A stretch of DNA of 64,000 nt from assembly GCA_049591475.1 (NCBI GenBank), contig JBAWEZ010000066.1, positions 99,790-163,789 of the forward strand, in the 5' to 3' direction. Source of the DNA: Candidatus Acidiferrales bacterium (GTDB lineage Bacteria > Acidobacteriota > Terriglobia > Acidiferrales > UBA7541). The position numbers and the translations under genes are program-made. Below, piece after piece: positions 1 to 9,765 of the stretch. The notes beneath the pieces are model-generated. The model was not told the DNA's origin, made no database searches, and worked only from the letters and a program-made list of their open reading frames with translations. Each line of letters begins with the position of its first letter. The first letter of the stretch is position 1.

Positions 1-1044
1 TGCTTCCGATTCCCTTCCCGTCCGCCGACACATCCCTCAGGATTGATTGAATCTCCACATCCTCGTTCCAGCGTTTTGCTTTTTCCTTCAAAATCAGGTA
101 CGTCCGCATGCAGCCGGCAGCGAAGTCTTTCACGCCTTGGTAATCTTCCGTGCGGTACGCGTGCGCGTCGAAATGCCGCGGTCCTTCGTACCCGACGTCC
201 TCGAGAAACTTAACCAGCCAGAAAGCGGATTTGGGATTCGCCGACCCGAACCGGAGATCCTGGTCGTAGCGTCCGGGCATCTGGTCGTTCAGATCGATGT
301 GGAACAGCTTCCCGGATTCCCATGCCTGCGCCACCCCGTGCATGAAATTCAGGCCCGCCATGCGCTCGTGCGCCACTTCTGGATTCACACCGACCATTTC
401 AGGTCGATCGAGCGTTGGAATGAAACCAAGGTAGTGTCCGGTAGTAGCCATATAGATGTCTGCGCGGGGCTCGTTGGGCTTGGCTTCGAGCGCGAACTTG
501 AATCCATAGCGGCGATCGAGATTGTATTCGCACAAATAATTCACAGCGTCACGCAGGCGCTTGATCGCTTCATCGGCCCGCCGGCAGGCGTCGGTTTCCA
601 CGCCTTCCCGCCCACCCCACAAAACGAAAATCTTCGCGCCGAGTTCCGCGCCAATGTCCATGGCGCGCATCGTTTTTTGCAAGGCGTAGGCGCGCACCTC
701 GGGATCATTGGAGGTGAAAGCCCCATCGCGAAACACGGGATCGAAAAAGAGCGAGACCGTCGTCATGGGGACGACGATCCCGCTCTTTTTGCAGCTCGCG
801 GCAAATTCCTTTACCAGCCGGTCGCGCTCCGCAGGCGTTGCGTCGATGGGCACTAAATCGTTGTCATGCAGATTCACGCCCCACGCGCCGACTTCCGCGA
901 GCATGGATACGATTTCCGTGGGCTTGAGCGCGGGGCGAACCACATCGCCAAAAGGATCGCGCCCCCGGTTTCCGACGGTCCAAAGACCAAACGAAAATTT
1001 GTGCTCCGGCCCTGGCTTGTACGGATCGTTTGTTTTAGGGCTCA
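1..1044 (-). CDS. xylA: xylose isomerase, class I; the C-terminal ~40 codons lie beyond the window edge
   Basis: Absent from the ORF track because it is open to position 1. The reverse strand from ATG (cat 1042-1044) reads [66 protein letters not shown]... FxFGLWTVGxxGRDPFG and the HDxD segment are hallmarks of class I (actinomycete-type) XylA. AGGAGA RBS about 6 nt upstream; all 348 codons are open. Confidence 0.9.
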
Positions 1045-1081
1045 TTTAATTCTCCTCGCTGCAACGCAGGAAATCTTCGCG

Positions 1082-2587
1082 CTATGACGAATAGATCGAT
1101 TTCATCGCCGGGTAAATCCGGCGGTAGCGCGCGTACTGCGCGCTCAAGATAGCCACATGCTCGGGATCGGGCTCGACGCACTCCGCGATGCGCACCACGG
1201 ATTCGCACGCCGCTTCCACAGACGGCCATACCCCCGCGCCGACTCCCGCCAAAATCGCGGCGCCATACGCAGGCCCCTCCTCCACTTTGAGGATTTGAAC
1301 GGTACGACCATAGACGTCGGATTGCACGCGCCGCCAGAAGCGAGAACGCGCGCCGCCCCCTCCCAACCGGATATTGCTCACCGGAATTCCCATTTCTTCA
1401 AAAATTGCGAAAGTGTCTTTGAGGCTGAAGGCCACGCCTTCGAGAATTGCACGGATCACGTGCGCCCGCGTGTGTGACGCGGTCAAGCCAACCAGCGCGC
1501 CGCGCACAGTCGCGTCGAGATGCGGCGTTCGTTCGCCCATCAAGTACGGCGCCCACAGGAGTTTCTCGGAGCCTACCGGAGCCTTCTCGGCTTCCTCGGT
1601 CATCCGCGCGTATAAGTCCGCTCCGCCGTTCGCGGATTCCCGAAAGAAATTATCGCGGAACCATCGCAGCGAAAGCCCCGCAGCTTGTGTGACTCCCATC
1701 ACATGCCAACGGTCCGGCATCGCGTGACAAAACGTGTGTAGCCGACCTTGCGGATCTGTGAGCGGCCGGTCGGTGGACGCGAATACGACTCCGGACGTGC
1801 CGATGGTTGCGTGCACCGCGCCGGGCGCAATGACACCCAGGCCTACTGCACCCGCAGCCTGATCTCCAGCGCCGGCGACCACTGGAGTTCCGGCGGCAAG
1901 TCCACTTGCCTCGGCGCTCGATGCGGAAATTCGACCGCACACAGCTGGCGACTCGTAAAGGTCAGGCAATATCGACAGATCGATCTGGACCGCGTTTAGA
2001 AGTTCGTCGCACCACCTGCGGTGTGCGACGTTGAGCATCAGCGTTCCGGACGCATCCGTCACGTCCGTCGCCGCGCGTCCGGTGAGCTTGAATCGCACGT
2101 AATCCTTCGGCAGCATGACGGAGCGCACGCGGCGCCAATTGGCCGGCTCGTTGTCCCGAACCCAAAGCAGCTTTGTGAGCGTGAAGTTCGCCAGTGCGGG
2201 ATTGGCGGTGAGTTCGATCATCCGCTCGCGCCCGATTTGCTCGGTAAGATCGTCGCATTGTTTTTGGGTGCGAACGTCGCACCAGATCAGAGCCGGACGA
2301 ACGACGTTGCCCGTGGAATCGAGCATCACGGCGCCATGCATCTGCCCCGAAAAGCCCACGCACGAAATTTTCGCGGCGGATAATTTCGACTCACGGAGCG
2401 TCTTGCGAATGGCGACCTGCGCGGCGCGCCACCAATCGTCCGGATGCTGTTCGGCCCAACCGACTGCGGGTGAGGCAAACGGCGCGTGATCCTCGCTCGC
2501 CGAGGCGATCATCCGCCCGCTCGCGTCGATGATAACCGCGCGTGTGCCGCCCGTGCCCACGTCGATGCCCATCACAACGGCGTCCAT
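1082..2587 (-). CDS. xylB: xylulokinase (FGGY carbohydrate kinase)
   Basis: 501-aa ORF. FGGY N-terminus MGIDVGTGGTRAVIID...GWAEQHPDDWW, and GGGARS near the C-terminus. Ends 37 nt upstream of xylA on the same strand (xylB-xylA operon). Confidence 0.9.
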   Translation of the reverse strand: MDAVVMGIDVGTGGTRAVIIDASGRMIASASEDHAPFASPAVGWAEQHPDDWWRAAQVAIRKTLRESKLSAAKISCVGFSGQMHGAVMLDSTGNVVRPALIWCDVRTQKQCDDLTEQIGRERMIELTANPALANFTLTKLLWVRDNEPANWRRVRSVMLPKDYVRFKLTGRAATDVTDASGTLMLNVAHRRWCDELLNAVQIDLSILPDLYESPAVCGRISASSAEASGLAAGTPVVAGAGDQAAGAVGLGVIAPGAVHATIGTSGVVFASTDRPLTDPQGRLHTFCHAMPDRWHVMGVTQAAGLSLRWFRDNFFRESANGGADLYARMTEEAEKAPVGSEKLLWAPYLMGERTPHLDATVRGALVGLTASHTRAHVIRAILEGVAFSLKDTFAIFEEMGIPVSNIRLGGGGARSRFWRRVQSDVYGRTVQILKVEEGPAYGAAILAGVGAGVWPSVEAACESVVRIAECVEPDPEHVAILSAQYARYRRIYPAMKSIYSS

Positions 2588-3100
2588 ATTCTTCTAGGCT
2601 CGTTCCTCTAGTTCCACTGTCTCGCCAAAGCGCCCACACCTACGGCAACCACCGGAATTCCGCCCTTGGCAACGCTTTGGACAAATCCAGAACGCCTCTC
2701 AGCGACATTCCATCGTCGAGGTTCTCCAGGAATAGCGCTCTCGGGCAACCGCCCGGCGCCTTCGATCACCACAACGTATTTACGTATTTGGAGATACTTA
2801 AGTTCAGCGGCCCCCCAACAAACTCGCCATCCGATCAAGATCGCCGGGATCGGAGCGAGCTTCAATAAAACCCCTGCTCCCGAACTGGCATTGGCACAGC
2901 TTCGATCAGAACGTCCTCCGATTTTTGCACCTGGGTCGGATCGTTGCCGGTCGCCAATAGCAGCATTACGTCCGCACTCAGCGCCTCTGCGCGAGCCACA
3001 AACATAGTCCGGCAACCCTGCCGGCACTCTGGTGACTGGGTTCATCTTGACTCCCCGGAACGGAGTCTGCCGCGCAGCGCGCGGCCAGTAAATTTGGTTA

Positions 3101-3116
3101 CCGTGTACGTTAACGG
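3101..3116 (+). promoter_or_regulatory. operator-like imperfect palindrome, site 1 (upstream of the GH3 gene)
   Basis: CCGTGTACGTTAACGG, centred on CG, 60 nt upstream of the TTG start at 3177. It shares the exact 16-mer CGTGTACGTTAACGGC (3102-3117) with site 2. Confidence 0.45.
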
Positions 3117-3176
3117 CAGTGGTAGAGTACCACGCGAAATTCAGTTTTCAATCTTAGACATGTTGGGGAGGGTCCC

Positions 3177-5540
3177 TTGGGTCGCCGTTTACATATTCAC
3201 ATTTCGGCAGAACGTCTCCTGGCGGTCTCGATCCTCTGCGGGGCGTTCTGCTGCGGCGCCTCAGCCCAATCGATTCCGCCATACCGGAATCCAAAACTGC
3301 CGGTCGAGCAGCGCGTCGCCGATTTGATGTCGCGCATGACGCTCCAGGAGAAAATCGCGCAACTAGTTGGAACCTGGCAATCGAACTTACCGGCGGGTTC
3401 GCCCCAACGGTTCGAAGACAGCAAGGGGGCTTTCGATCCGGCTCTCGCTGCCGTAGCGCTGAAGAATGGCCTAGGTGAAATGACGCGTCCAAGCGAGAAT
3501 CGCGGGCCGCGCGAAGAGGCGATCTTCACCAACGAAGTCCAAAAATGGCTGCGCAAGCACACCCGTCTAGGAATTCCCGTGATTTTCCACGAGGAATGCC
3601 TGCACGGAGAAATGGCGCCAGGCGGCACCTCGTACCCGCAAGCGATCGCGCTGGCATCCACGTGGGACCCGTCGCTGGTTAAAGACGTATTTACAGCGAC
3701 TGCAGCGGAGGTACGGGCGCGGGGTGCGCAGCAGTGCCTCGCTCCGGTGCTTGGCCTGGCGCGGGATCCGCGCTGGGGCCGCACGGAAGAGACTTACGGC
3801 GAAGATCCATATCTCGTTTCGCGCATCGGCGTGGCGGCAATCGAAGGCTTCCAAGGCCAGGGACCCTTTATCGACAAAGAGCACGTGATCGCCACTGCGA
3901 AGCATTTCGCTGTCCACAGTCAGCCCGAGGGCGGCACCAATGTGGCCCCTGGAAATTATTCCGAACGTACGATCCGTGAATATTTTCTGAAACCCTTCAA
4001 AGCCGCCGTTCAGGAGGCGGGGGTGGGCGCGGTGATGGCATCGTACAACGAAATTGACGGCATCCCCGCGCACAGCGACACGCAGCTCCTTACCGGCACA
4101 CTACGGCAGAGATGGGGATTCCGCGGAATCGTGGTATCGGATTATTTCGGCATTACGCAACTGCGAACGATACACCACGTAGTGGCGACTGATGCCGAAG
4201 CAGCTAAGATGGCGCTCGAAGCGGGCGTGGATATGGAGCTTCCCTCCGCGGACGCCTTTACGCACCTGGAAGATTTGGTCAACAACGGGCAGGTGTCTGA
4301 GTTATACATCGACCGCGCCGTGGCGCGCGTGCTCCGGATGAAGTTTCTCACCGGCCTTTTTGACGATCCATACGTCAGTCCAGATTACGCCGTAAAAATC
4401 ACCAACGACTCCGCGCACCGCGAACTCGCGCTGAAAGCAGCCCACGAAGCGCTAACGCTACTCAAAAATGAAGGCAACCTGCTCCCGCTGGATATCTCCA
4501 AATACAAGCACATCGCGGTGATTGGCCCCAACGCGGCGGAAGCTCATCTCGGCGAGTACAGCGGTCAGCCGACGCAAAGCGTCAGCATTCTTCAAGGAAT
4601 TAAGGACAAGGTCGGATCGCGAGCGGAGGTCCTATATTCGCTCGGCTGCAAAATCACGGAGACACCCGCCGATTGGAACGCGGACAAAGTGGTCCTGGGC
4701 GATCCGATCCTGAATGCACAGCGCATTAAGAAAGCCGTCAAAGTTGCACAAGAGGCGGACTTGATCATTCTTGCCCTCGGCGGCAACGAGCAGACATCGC
4801 GCGAAGCATGGGCGACGAATCACCTGGGCGATCGCGAGAGCCTCAACCTGCTAGGCAATCAGGACGATTTGGTGCGAGCCATGCTGGCAACCGGAAAGCC
4901 GGTGGTGGTTGTGCTGATCCACGGCAGGCCGCTGGCTATCAACTACGTCGCCGAACACGTGCCGGCAATTCTCGATGGATGGTATGTGGGACAGGAGGGC
5001 GGCACCGCAGTGGCCGACGTTCTCTTCGGTAATTACAATCCCGGCGGCCATCTGCCGATTACCGTTCCGCGCTCCGTCGGGCAGCTGCCCGATTACTATT
5101 ATCAAAAGCCCTCGGCGAAGCGCGGCTTCGTGGACGGCAGCGTCACTCCTCTTTTTCCTTTCGGCTGGGGACTGAGCTATTCAACTTTCAAATACGCAAA
5201 TCTTCGCCTATCGCCGGCAACAATCGGCACGCAGGGTGAAACCACAGTGTCCGTCGACATCAGGAACACGAGCCACATCCGCGGAGATGAAGTCGTTCAG
5301 CTCTATATTCGCGACGAGGTCAGCTCGGTCACGCGGCCAGTTGAGGAATTGCGCGGCTTCCAACGCGTCACGCTCGATCCAGGCGAAACCAAAACCGCTC
5401 ATTTCAAGCTCGGCTTCCAGGAGCTGTGCTTCCTGAATCGCGATTGGCACTGGGTCGTCGAACCGGGCAATTTCAAGATTATGGTCGGCAGCAACTCTGT
5501 GGACCTAATTTCCACGGCACTGAAAGTCGTGGCTCCTTGA
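3177..5540 (+). CDS. glycoside hydrolase family 3 (beta-glucosidase/beta-xylosidase type), secreted
   Basis: 787-aa ORF with a TTG start just after GGGGAGGG. Signal peptide ...FCCGASAQ. GH3 segments RLGIPVIFHEECLHG, DPRWGRTEETYGEDPYL and GIVVSDY (nucleophile Asp context), plus a C-terminal Fn3-like domain. Confidence 0.9.
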   Translation: MGRRLHIHISAERLLAVSILCGAFCCGASAQSIPPYRNPKLPVEQRVADLMSRMTLQEKIAQLVGTWQSNLPAGSPQRFEDSKGAFDPALAAVALKNGLGEMTRPSENRGPREEAIFTNEVQKWLRKHTRLGIPVIFHEECLHGEMAPGGTSYPQAIALASTWDPSLVKDVFTATAAEVRARGAQQCLAPVLGLARDPRWGRTEETYGEDPYLVSRIGVAAIEGFQGQGPFIDKEHVIATAKHFAVHSQPEGGTNVAPGNYSERTIREYFLKPFKAAVQEAGVGAVMASYNEIDGIPAHSDTQLLTGTLRQRWGFRGIVVSDYFGITQLRTIHHVVATDAEAAKMALEAGVDMELPSADAFTHLEDLVNNGQVSELYIDRAVARVLRMKFLTGLFDDPYVSPDYAVKITNDSAHRELALKAAHEALTLLKNEGNLLPLDISKYKHIAVIGPNAAEAHLGEYSGQPTQSVSILQGIKDKVGSRAEVLYSLGCKITETPADWNADKVVLGDPILNAQRIKKAVKVAQEADLIILALGGNEQTSREAWATNHLGDRESLNLLGNQDDLVRAMLATGKPVVVVLIHGRPLAINYVAEHVPAILDGWYVGQEGGTAVADVLFGNYNPGGHLPITVPRSVGQLPDYYYQKPSAKRGFVDGSVTPLFPFGWGLSYSTFKYANLRLSPATIGTQGETTVSVDIRNTSHIRGDEVVQLYIRDEVSSVTRPVEELRGFQRVTLDPGETKTAHFKLGFQELCFLNRDWHWVVEPGNFKIMVGSNSVDLISTALKVVAP

Positions 5541-5752
5541 CGAGCAACGCTTCCGCATCTCTCGCACGAGATCCGGCATTCACGCGATTTCCCGGCCGGC
5601 GGACCTCTCCATCGGAACCGTGGATCGCGCTTTAGATGGGCGCGCCGGCATCGGCGAGGCGAATTGCGCGCATGCTCTGCGCATCCGGGGGCATCTTTGC
5701 GTTTGATCTAGCGGCAGAAGAGCAATTCCGCCAGCGCGGTAAGGCAATTCTC

Positions 5753-7390
5753 TCAAGGCTGCCGTTCGGGAACTATGGAATACAATCGCACCCGATATAT
5801 ATGAAACTGATGCGCGTCCATCAGCAACTGGCGCCCTTGATTGGTCTGATCGCCGTTCAGGTTTCTATCGGTGATCCATTGTCCCGATTTACGAGAGACT
5901 AGTTCAACGCTTTCGATACCGGCAACGCCTGAATCAACATCCGGATCGCGGATGAAATTGACCGTCAGGCCAGCGCCGAGGATATAAAACTCACCCGGCG
6001 CAGCCTGCAAGATCAACATCGCCCCGTTGTCGGTCGCGACTCCTCCCGCCGGCCACGAGCGCGAGAGCGAGGCTTGGAACAGATAACCTCCCAAAGCAAC
6101 CGTCTGCGTAGGACGTGGACTCGTCGCATGCAGCACCAAAGCGCGGGTGCGTCCTGCAACCTGCGCATCGGGCAAAAGATCGCGAATGCTGTCGAGCAGT
6201 TCGTACACCTGCATGATTCCAGGTGCAGAACCCGTATCCTTCGGAGCGCTCACGTTGTCGATGGCGAATGGGCAAAAGCCAAACGCCCGCGCTTGGCCAT
6301 ACGCGTAAAGAGCGTTGTACGGAGCAACATCCATGCGCGCTTCTGGAACGAAGATCGCGTTGCTAGAAATCTCATACCGCTTGATCCAATACTGGAAGTC
6401 CGGCCAGTAGATATCGGGCGAGTAGAAATCGATGCTGGGAGCAGCCGCGCGCCAAACGCTCACATAATCCGGGTGCGGACCGCCGCTGGGATATTCCCCG
6501 GCACGCTCCTGCGGCGCTGGAAGTTGTGCGTTGACGTACATGGGAACCGAATATTCGTGTTTGCCGGCCCGAACGACCGCTTCGATGTAGCGAGCGTAGT
6601 GCCAGGCCATGAACGCTTCGTCGGCGTCGTCCCCAAACGCACTGCTCCAATTCTTGCCATCCTCGGTAAAGTGGGACGCCAGTTCGGACGAGAGTTGAAG
6701 GCGGTTGGCCCCCAGCGCGCGCAATAAAGCGACTGGTACGGAACCGCGAAAAAGTCGATCAGCCTCAGGAGACCGATCACGGCCAAGGCCAAAGTAACCG
6801 ACTTCGTTTTCCACCTGCACCATCAACACAGTACCTTCCTGTGAGTCCTCCACCCGAACGTGGCGCATCAACGCGGCGAAAGCGACGCTGTCGCATCGGC
6901 GCGTTTCCGCGGAAAACGTGGAGAGAATTTCGAGTGGTTGCCCATCGGCGGATTCGGCGCGCGGAAACTGCTGCGGGTTCGATTTCACCCAGGAGGGCGC
7001 ATAATTCGAGAAGCCGTTCTTCCAGCTGCCGAACCACAGCAGCACCAAGTGCATGTTGTACTTTCGCGCCGTTTCAATCCAGTGATCGAGGATGCTGAAA
7101 TCGAAGTTGCCTTCTTTCGGCTCGATTTGATCCCAGGCCACCGGCATCAGGATTGTGTTTACGTGTAGTTTCGTTGCATTGGGGATGATCGTGTCCGCTT
7201 GCTCTGCCGTTCCAGCCGAGGAATTGCCAAGTTCACCGCCTAAAATCACAAATGGCCGACCATCCACGATCAACTGGCTCGCCCCGTTTTCGATCCGGAT
7301 GTGTGGCGGCTCCGCGGCGCGCGGCGCGGAGGAGAAAATAAGTGCGGCGGTAACGGTACAGAGAGCAGCGCGTAACGCGTTTTTCATCAT
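5753..7390 (-). CDS. GH35/GH42-like beta-galactosidase-type hydrolase with C-terminal DUF5597-like region, secreted
   Basis: 545-aa ORF. Signal peptide MMKNALRAALCTVTAALIFSSAPRAA. TIM-barrel segments LMPVAWDQIEPKEGNFDFSILDHWIETARKYNMHLVLLWFGSWKNG and MVQVENEVG. The family call is from memory, not searched. Confidence 0.75.
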   Translation of the reverse strand: MMKNALRAALCTVTAALIFSSAPRAAEPPHIRIENGASQLIVDGRPFVILGGELGNSSAGTAEQADTIIPNATKLHVNTILMPVAWDQIEPKEGNFDFSILDHWIETARKYNMHLVLLWFGSWKNGFSNYAPSWVKSNPQQFPRAESADGQPLEILSTFSAETRRCDSVAFAALMRHVRVEDSQEGTVLMVQVENEVGYFGLGRDRSPEADRLFRGSVPVALLRALGANRLQLSSELASHFTEDGKNWSSAFGDDADEAFMAWHYARYIEAVVRAGKHEYSVPMYVNAQLPAPQERAGEYPSGGPHPDYVSVWRAAAPSIDFYSPDIYWPDFQYWIKRYEISSNAIFVPEARMDVAPYNALYAYGQARAFGFCPFAIDNVSAPKDTGSAPGIMQVYELLDSIRDLLPDAQVAGRTRALVLHATSPRPTQTVALGGYLFQASLSRSWPAGGVATDNGAMLILQAAPGEFYILGAGLTVNFIRDPDVDSGVAGIESVELVSRKSGQWITDRNLNGDQTNQGRQLLMDAHQFHIYRVRLYSIVPERQP

Positions 7391-7655
7391 CCCCCTGCGC
7401 CGAGGTTATCTCAATCGCTCCAATTAGGGAATATCGAGTCGCGAATTATGTGGCGTAAGAACGCAATCAGCGGGTTGCGAGGTCAACGCCCCGAGATGCA
7501 GCTAAACCATTTGGATTGTGCGACGCTGGATCAACTCTCAAGCTTCGGGTGAAGGTTTCCTCCTGCTACACGCCTTCATTGCGGAAGTCGGCGACATGGT
7601 TTTTGGCCGACGACCTCGATCTGCTTCCCTACGGATTTCGACGTACCTTGTCGTG

Positions 7656-9269
7656 TCATTGCCTGACCGAGATTACGGTCACCGATTTAGGTTCCAGTTC
7701 CAGAGCCAGCTTCCCGTTTTGAGCCTTCGCGGCAATGAGCTTCGGCGTCACCTTATTGGGCGCGTCAAAGGTGTTGACGCTATCCACGTTTGGCGCAGTC
7801 AGCGTCTGCCCAACGGCAGATTCAGCCGTGCTGCCGGGCACGTTTACCTCGATTTCAACGGGACGGTTCGGATCGATGTTCGTGATTTCCAGCCACAGCT
7901 TGCCATCCGCATCCTTCGCCGCGATGGCATCCACGCGCGGCAAGGTGATGTCGCCATGCCTATAAGTGCCAGCGTCATAAGTGACCGGCACAAAGGTGGC
8001 GTCGTGAAACGGCACGTACATTTTGTACACGTAATAGGTGGGTGTCAGGACCATCTTGCCTTTATCCGTCATGATCATGGACTGGAGTACGTTGATCATC
8101 TGGGCGATATTCGCCATCCGCACTCGGTCCGCATGACGGGCAAAAATATTCAAATTGAGGGCCGCGAGGATGGCATCGCGCAGGCTGTTTTGCTGAACGA
8201 GGAAAGCCGGATTCGTACCGGCTAGCGGCTTGTACCATGCCCCCCATTCATCCACGACGAGCGCAACTTTCTTTTGCGGGTCGTACTTGTCCATGATGGC
8301 GGAATGCTCGTCGATCAGGTCCTTCATCTGGAGAGTGCTCTTTAAGATTTCAGCGTATTCGTTCTCTCCGAACCCGACGGAAGCGTAGGAGGGCGGCCAG
8401 TGTCCCCCTACCGTATAAGAATGCATCGATAGGCCATTAATACCGTCACTCGGACGACCCTGGTAGGCCTTCATGATGGTCTCAGTCCATTTGTCCCACT
8501 GAGGGCCGCCACCTCCCGGTCCAACCGCGATCTTCAGCATGTGCTGACTGCCCTGCTGTTCTGGATTGAAATTTCGGACGAAGTGGCTGTAGATCTTAAG
8601 CTGGCTCAGATAATAATCCGGTGTCATGTTGCCACCGCAACCCCAACTTTCGTTACCAATGCCGAGGAAGCCGACCTGATAAGGTTGCGGATGACCATTG
8701 GCGGCGCGTTCCTGGACCAATGTCGTAGGCTTCGCGGCAGTCATGTATTCCAACCAATCCTCTGCTTCGTGCGGAGTGCCGGAGCCAACGTTGATTGAGA
8801 CGTAGGCCTGCGCTCCAATCTGGTTGAGGAAGTCCATGAATTCTCGTGTTCCAAAGGTGTTCGGCTCGATCACGCCGCCCCAGTTGGGATTGAGCGTTAT
8901 CACTCGGTGAGGACCAATGCCGTCGCGCCAGTGGTATTCGTCTGCGAAGCACCCACCTGGCCAGCGGACATCCGGCACCTTCAGCACCTTGAGCGCGGAA
9001 ACAACGTCGTTTCGAATACCGCGGGTATTAGGGATTGTGGAGTCGGGACCTACCCAGATGCCACCGTAAACGCCGTGACCAAGATGCTCGGCGAACTGGC
9101 CGAAAAGGTTGCGGCTGATCTTGGTGCCGGGCTTAGAAACATCCACGGACAATTGAACGCTCTGCGCAGCAACAACAGGCACACTTGCAGCCACGGCGAT
9201 CAGAGCGAAACCGAAAAGAAGTGCGATGTTCGCGCACGAAGGCTTTCGGCTCACGAATCTGACTGGCAT
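7656..9269 (-). CDS. abfA: alpha-L-arabinofuranosidase, GH51, secreted
   Basis: GH51 signatures [40 protein letters not shown] (acid/base Glu), LVVDEWGAW (nucleophile Glu), and a C-terminal beta-sandwich. The ORF is open to 9392, but ATG at 9269 gives a classical signal peptide ([36 protein letters not shown]). Confidence 0.88.
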   Translation of the reverse strand: MPVRFVSRKPSCANIALLFGFALIAVAASVPVVAAQSVQLSVDVSKPGTKISRNLFGQFAEHLGHGVYGGIWVGPDSTIPNTRGIRNDVVSALKVLKVPDVRWPGGCFADEYHWRDGIGPHRVITLNPNWGGVIEPNTFGTREFMDFLNQIGAQAYVSINVGSGTPHEAEDWLEYMTAAKPTTLVQERAANGHPQPYQVGFLGIGNESWGCGGNMTPDYYLSQLKIYSHFVRNFNPEQQGSQHMLKIAVGPGGGGPQWDKWTETIMKAYQGRPSDGINGLSMHSYTVGGHWPPSYASVGFGENEYAEILKSTLQMKDLIDEHSAIMDKYDPQKKVALVVDEWGAWYKPLAGTNPAFLVQQNSLRDAILAALNLNIFARHADRVRMANIAQMINVLQSMIMTDKGKMVLTPTYYVYKMYVPFHDATFVPVTYDAGTYRHGDITLPRVDAIAAKDADGKLWLEITNIDPNRPVEIEVNVPGSTAESAVGQTLTAPNVDSVNTFDAPNKVTPKLIAAKAQNGKLALELEPKSVTVISVRQ

Positions 9270-9765
9270 TGCAAAACAACGAGCAAGAATCGAGCGTTTC
9301 CCAGATGAGACTGTGCCCCGTCGCACCCCAGGGAGCTTATGATTTGGCGAGTATGCTGTCACCGTCGGTTCACCAGTGATTGTAAAAGGCATTCGTCGCT
9401 CTCCATACCGAAGTTCAACGGCAAATCGGTGCCGCAGGGTCGCAAATGTGTGAAAAAATCGTTTACTGAGAAGCTCCCCTATGGCTGCTTTTCATCGCAA
9501 AACAGCTGAATTTGAGCCCGATTTTTAGCACCAGGGCAGCCGCCCCGGCAAGCTATAATAAACTGCGCGCTGCGCGAATGATCGAGAAAGTAAAAGCGGG
9601 AAATATCTCCGGAGGTACGGCGGACTCTACGGTGAGCTGGGTGGGGGTAAGTGCATAGCTGTGGGCGCACTCCGCTTGGTGGTGCGCCGAGCCGCGCGGG
9701 AGGTCCAACAGGCGGTGGTCAAAACCAGGTCAGGAAAGGGATGCACGGGGAAGCGGCGCGTCGAA

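Noticed and set aside
47-856. 269-aa plus-strand ORF (with overlapping ORFs 708-1049 and 866-1087) at the left edge
   Set aside because: It is antisense to a clear class I xylose isomerase reading frame that is open from 1044 to position 1. It has no recognisable motifs. Long antisense ORFs are expected in GC-rich DNA.
2608-3045. 145-aa minus-strand ORF in the xylB/GH3 intergenic region as a real gene
   Set aside because: No RBS, an Arg/Gly-rich composition, and only faint Rossmann-like strings that switch frame. An AT-rich promoter-like element lies inside it. Kept only as a possible relic (see finding).
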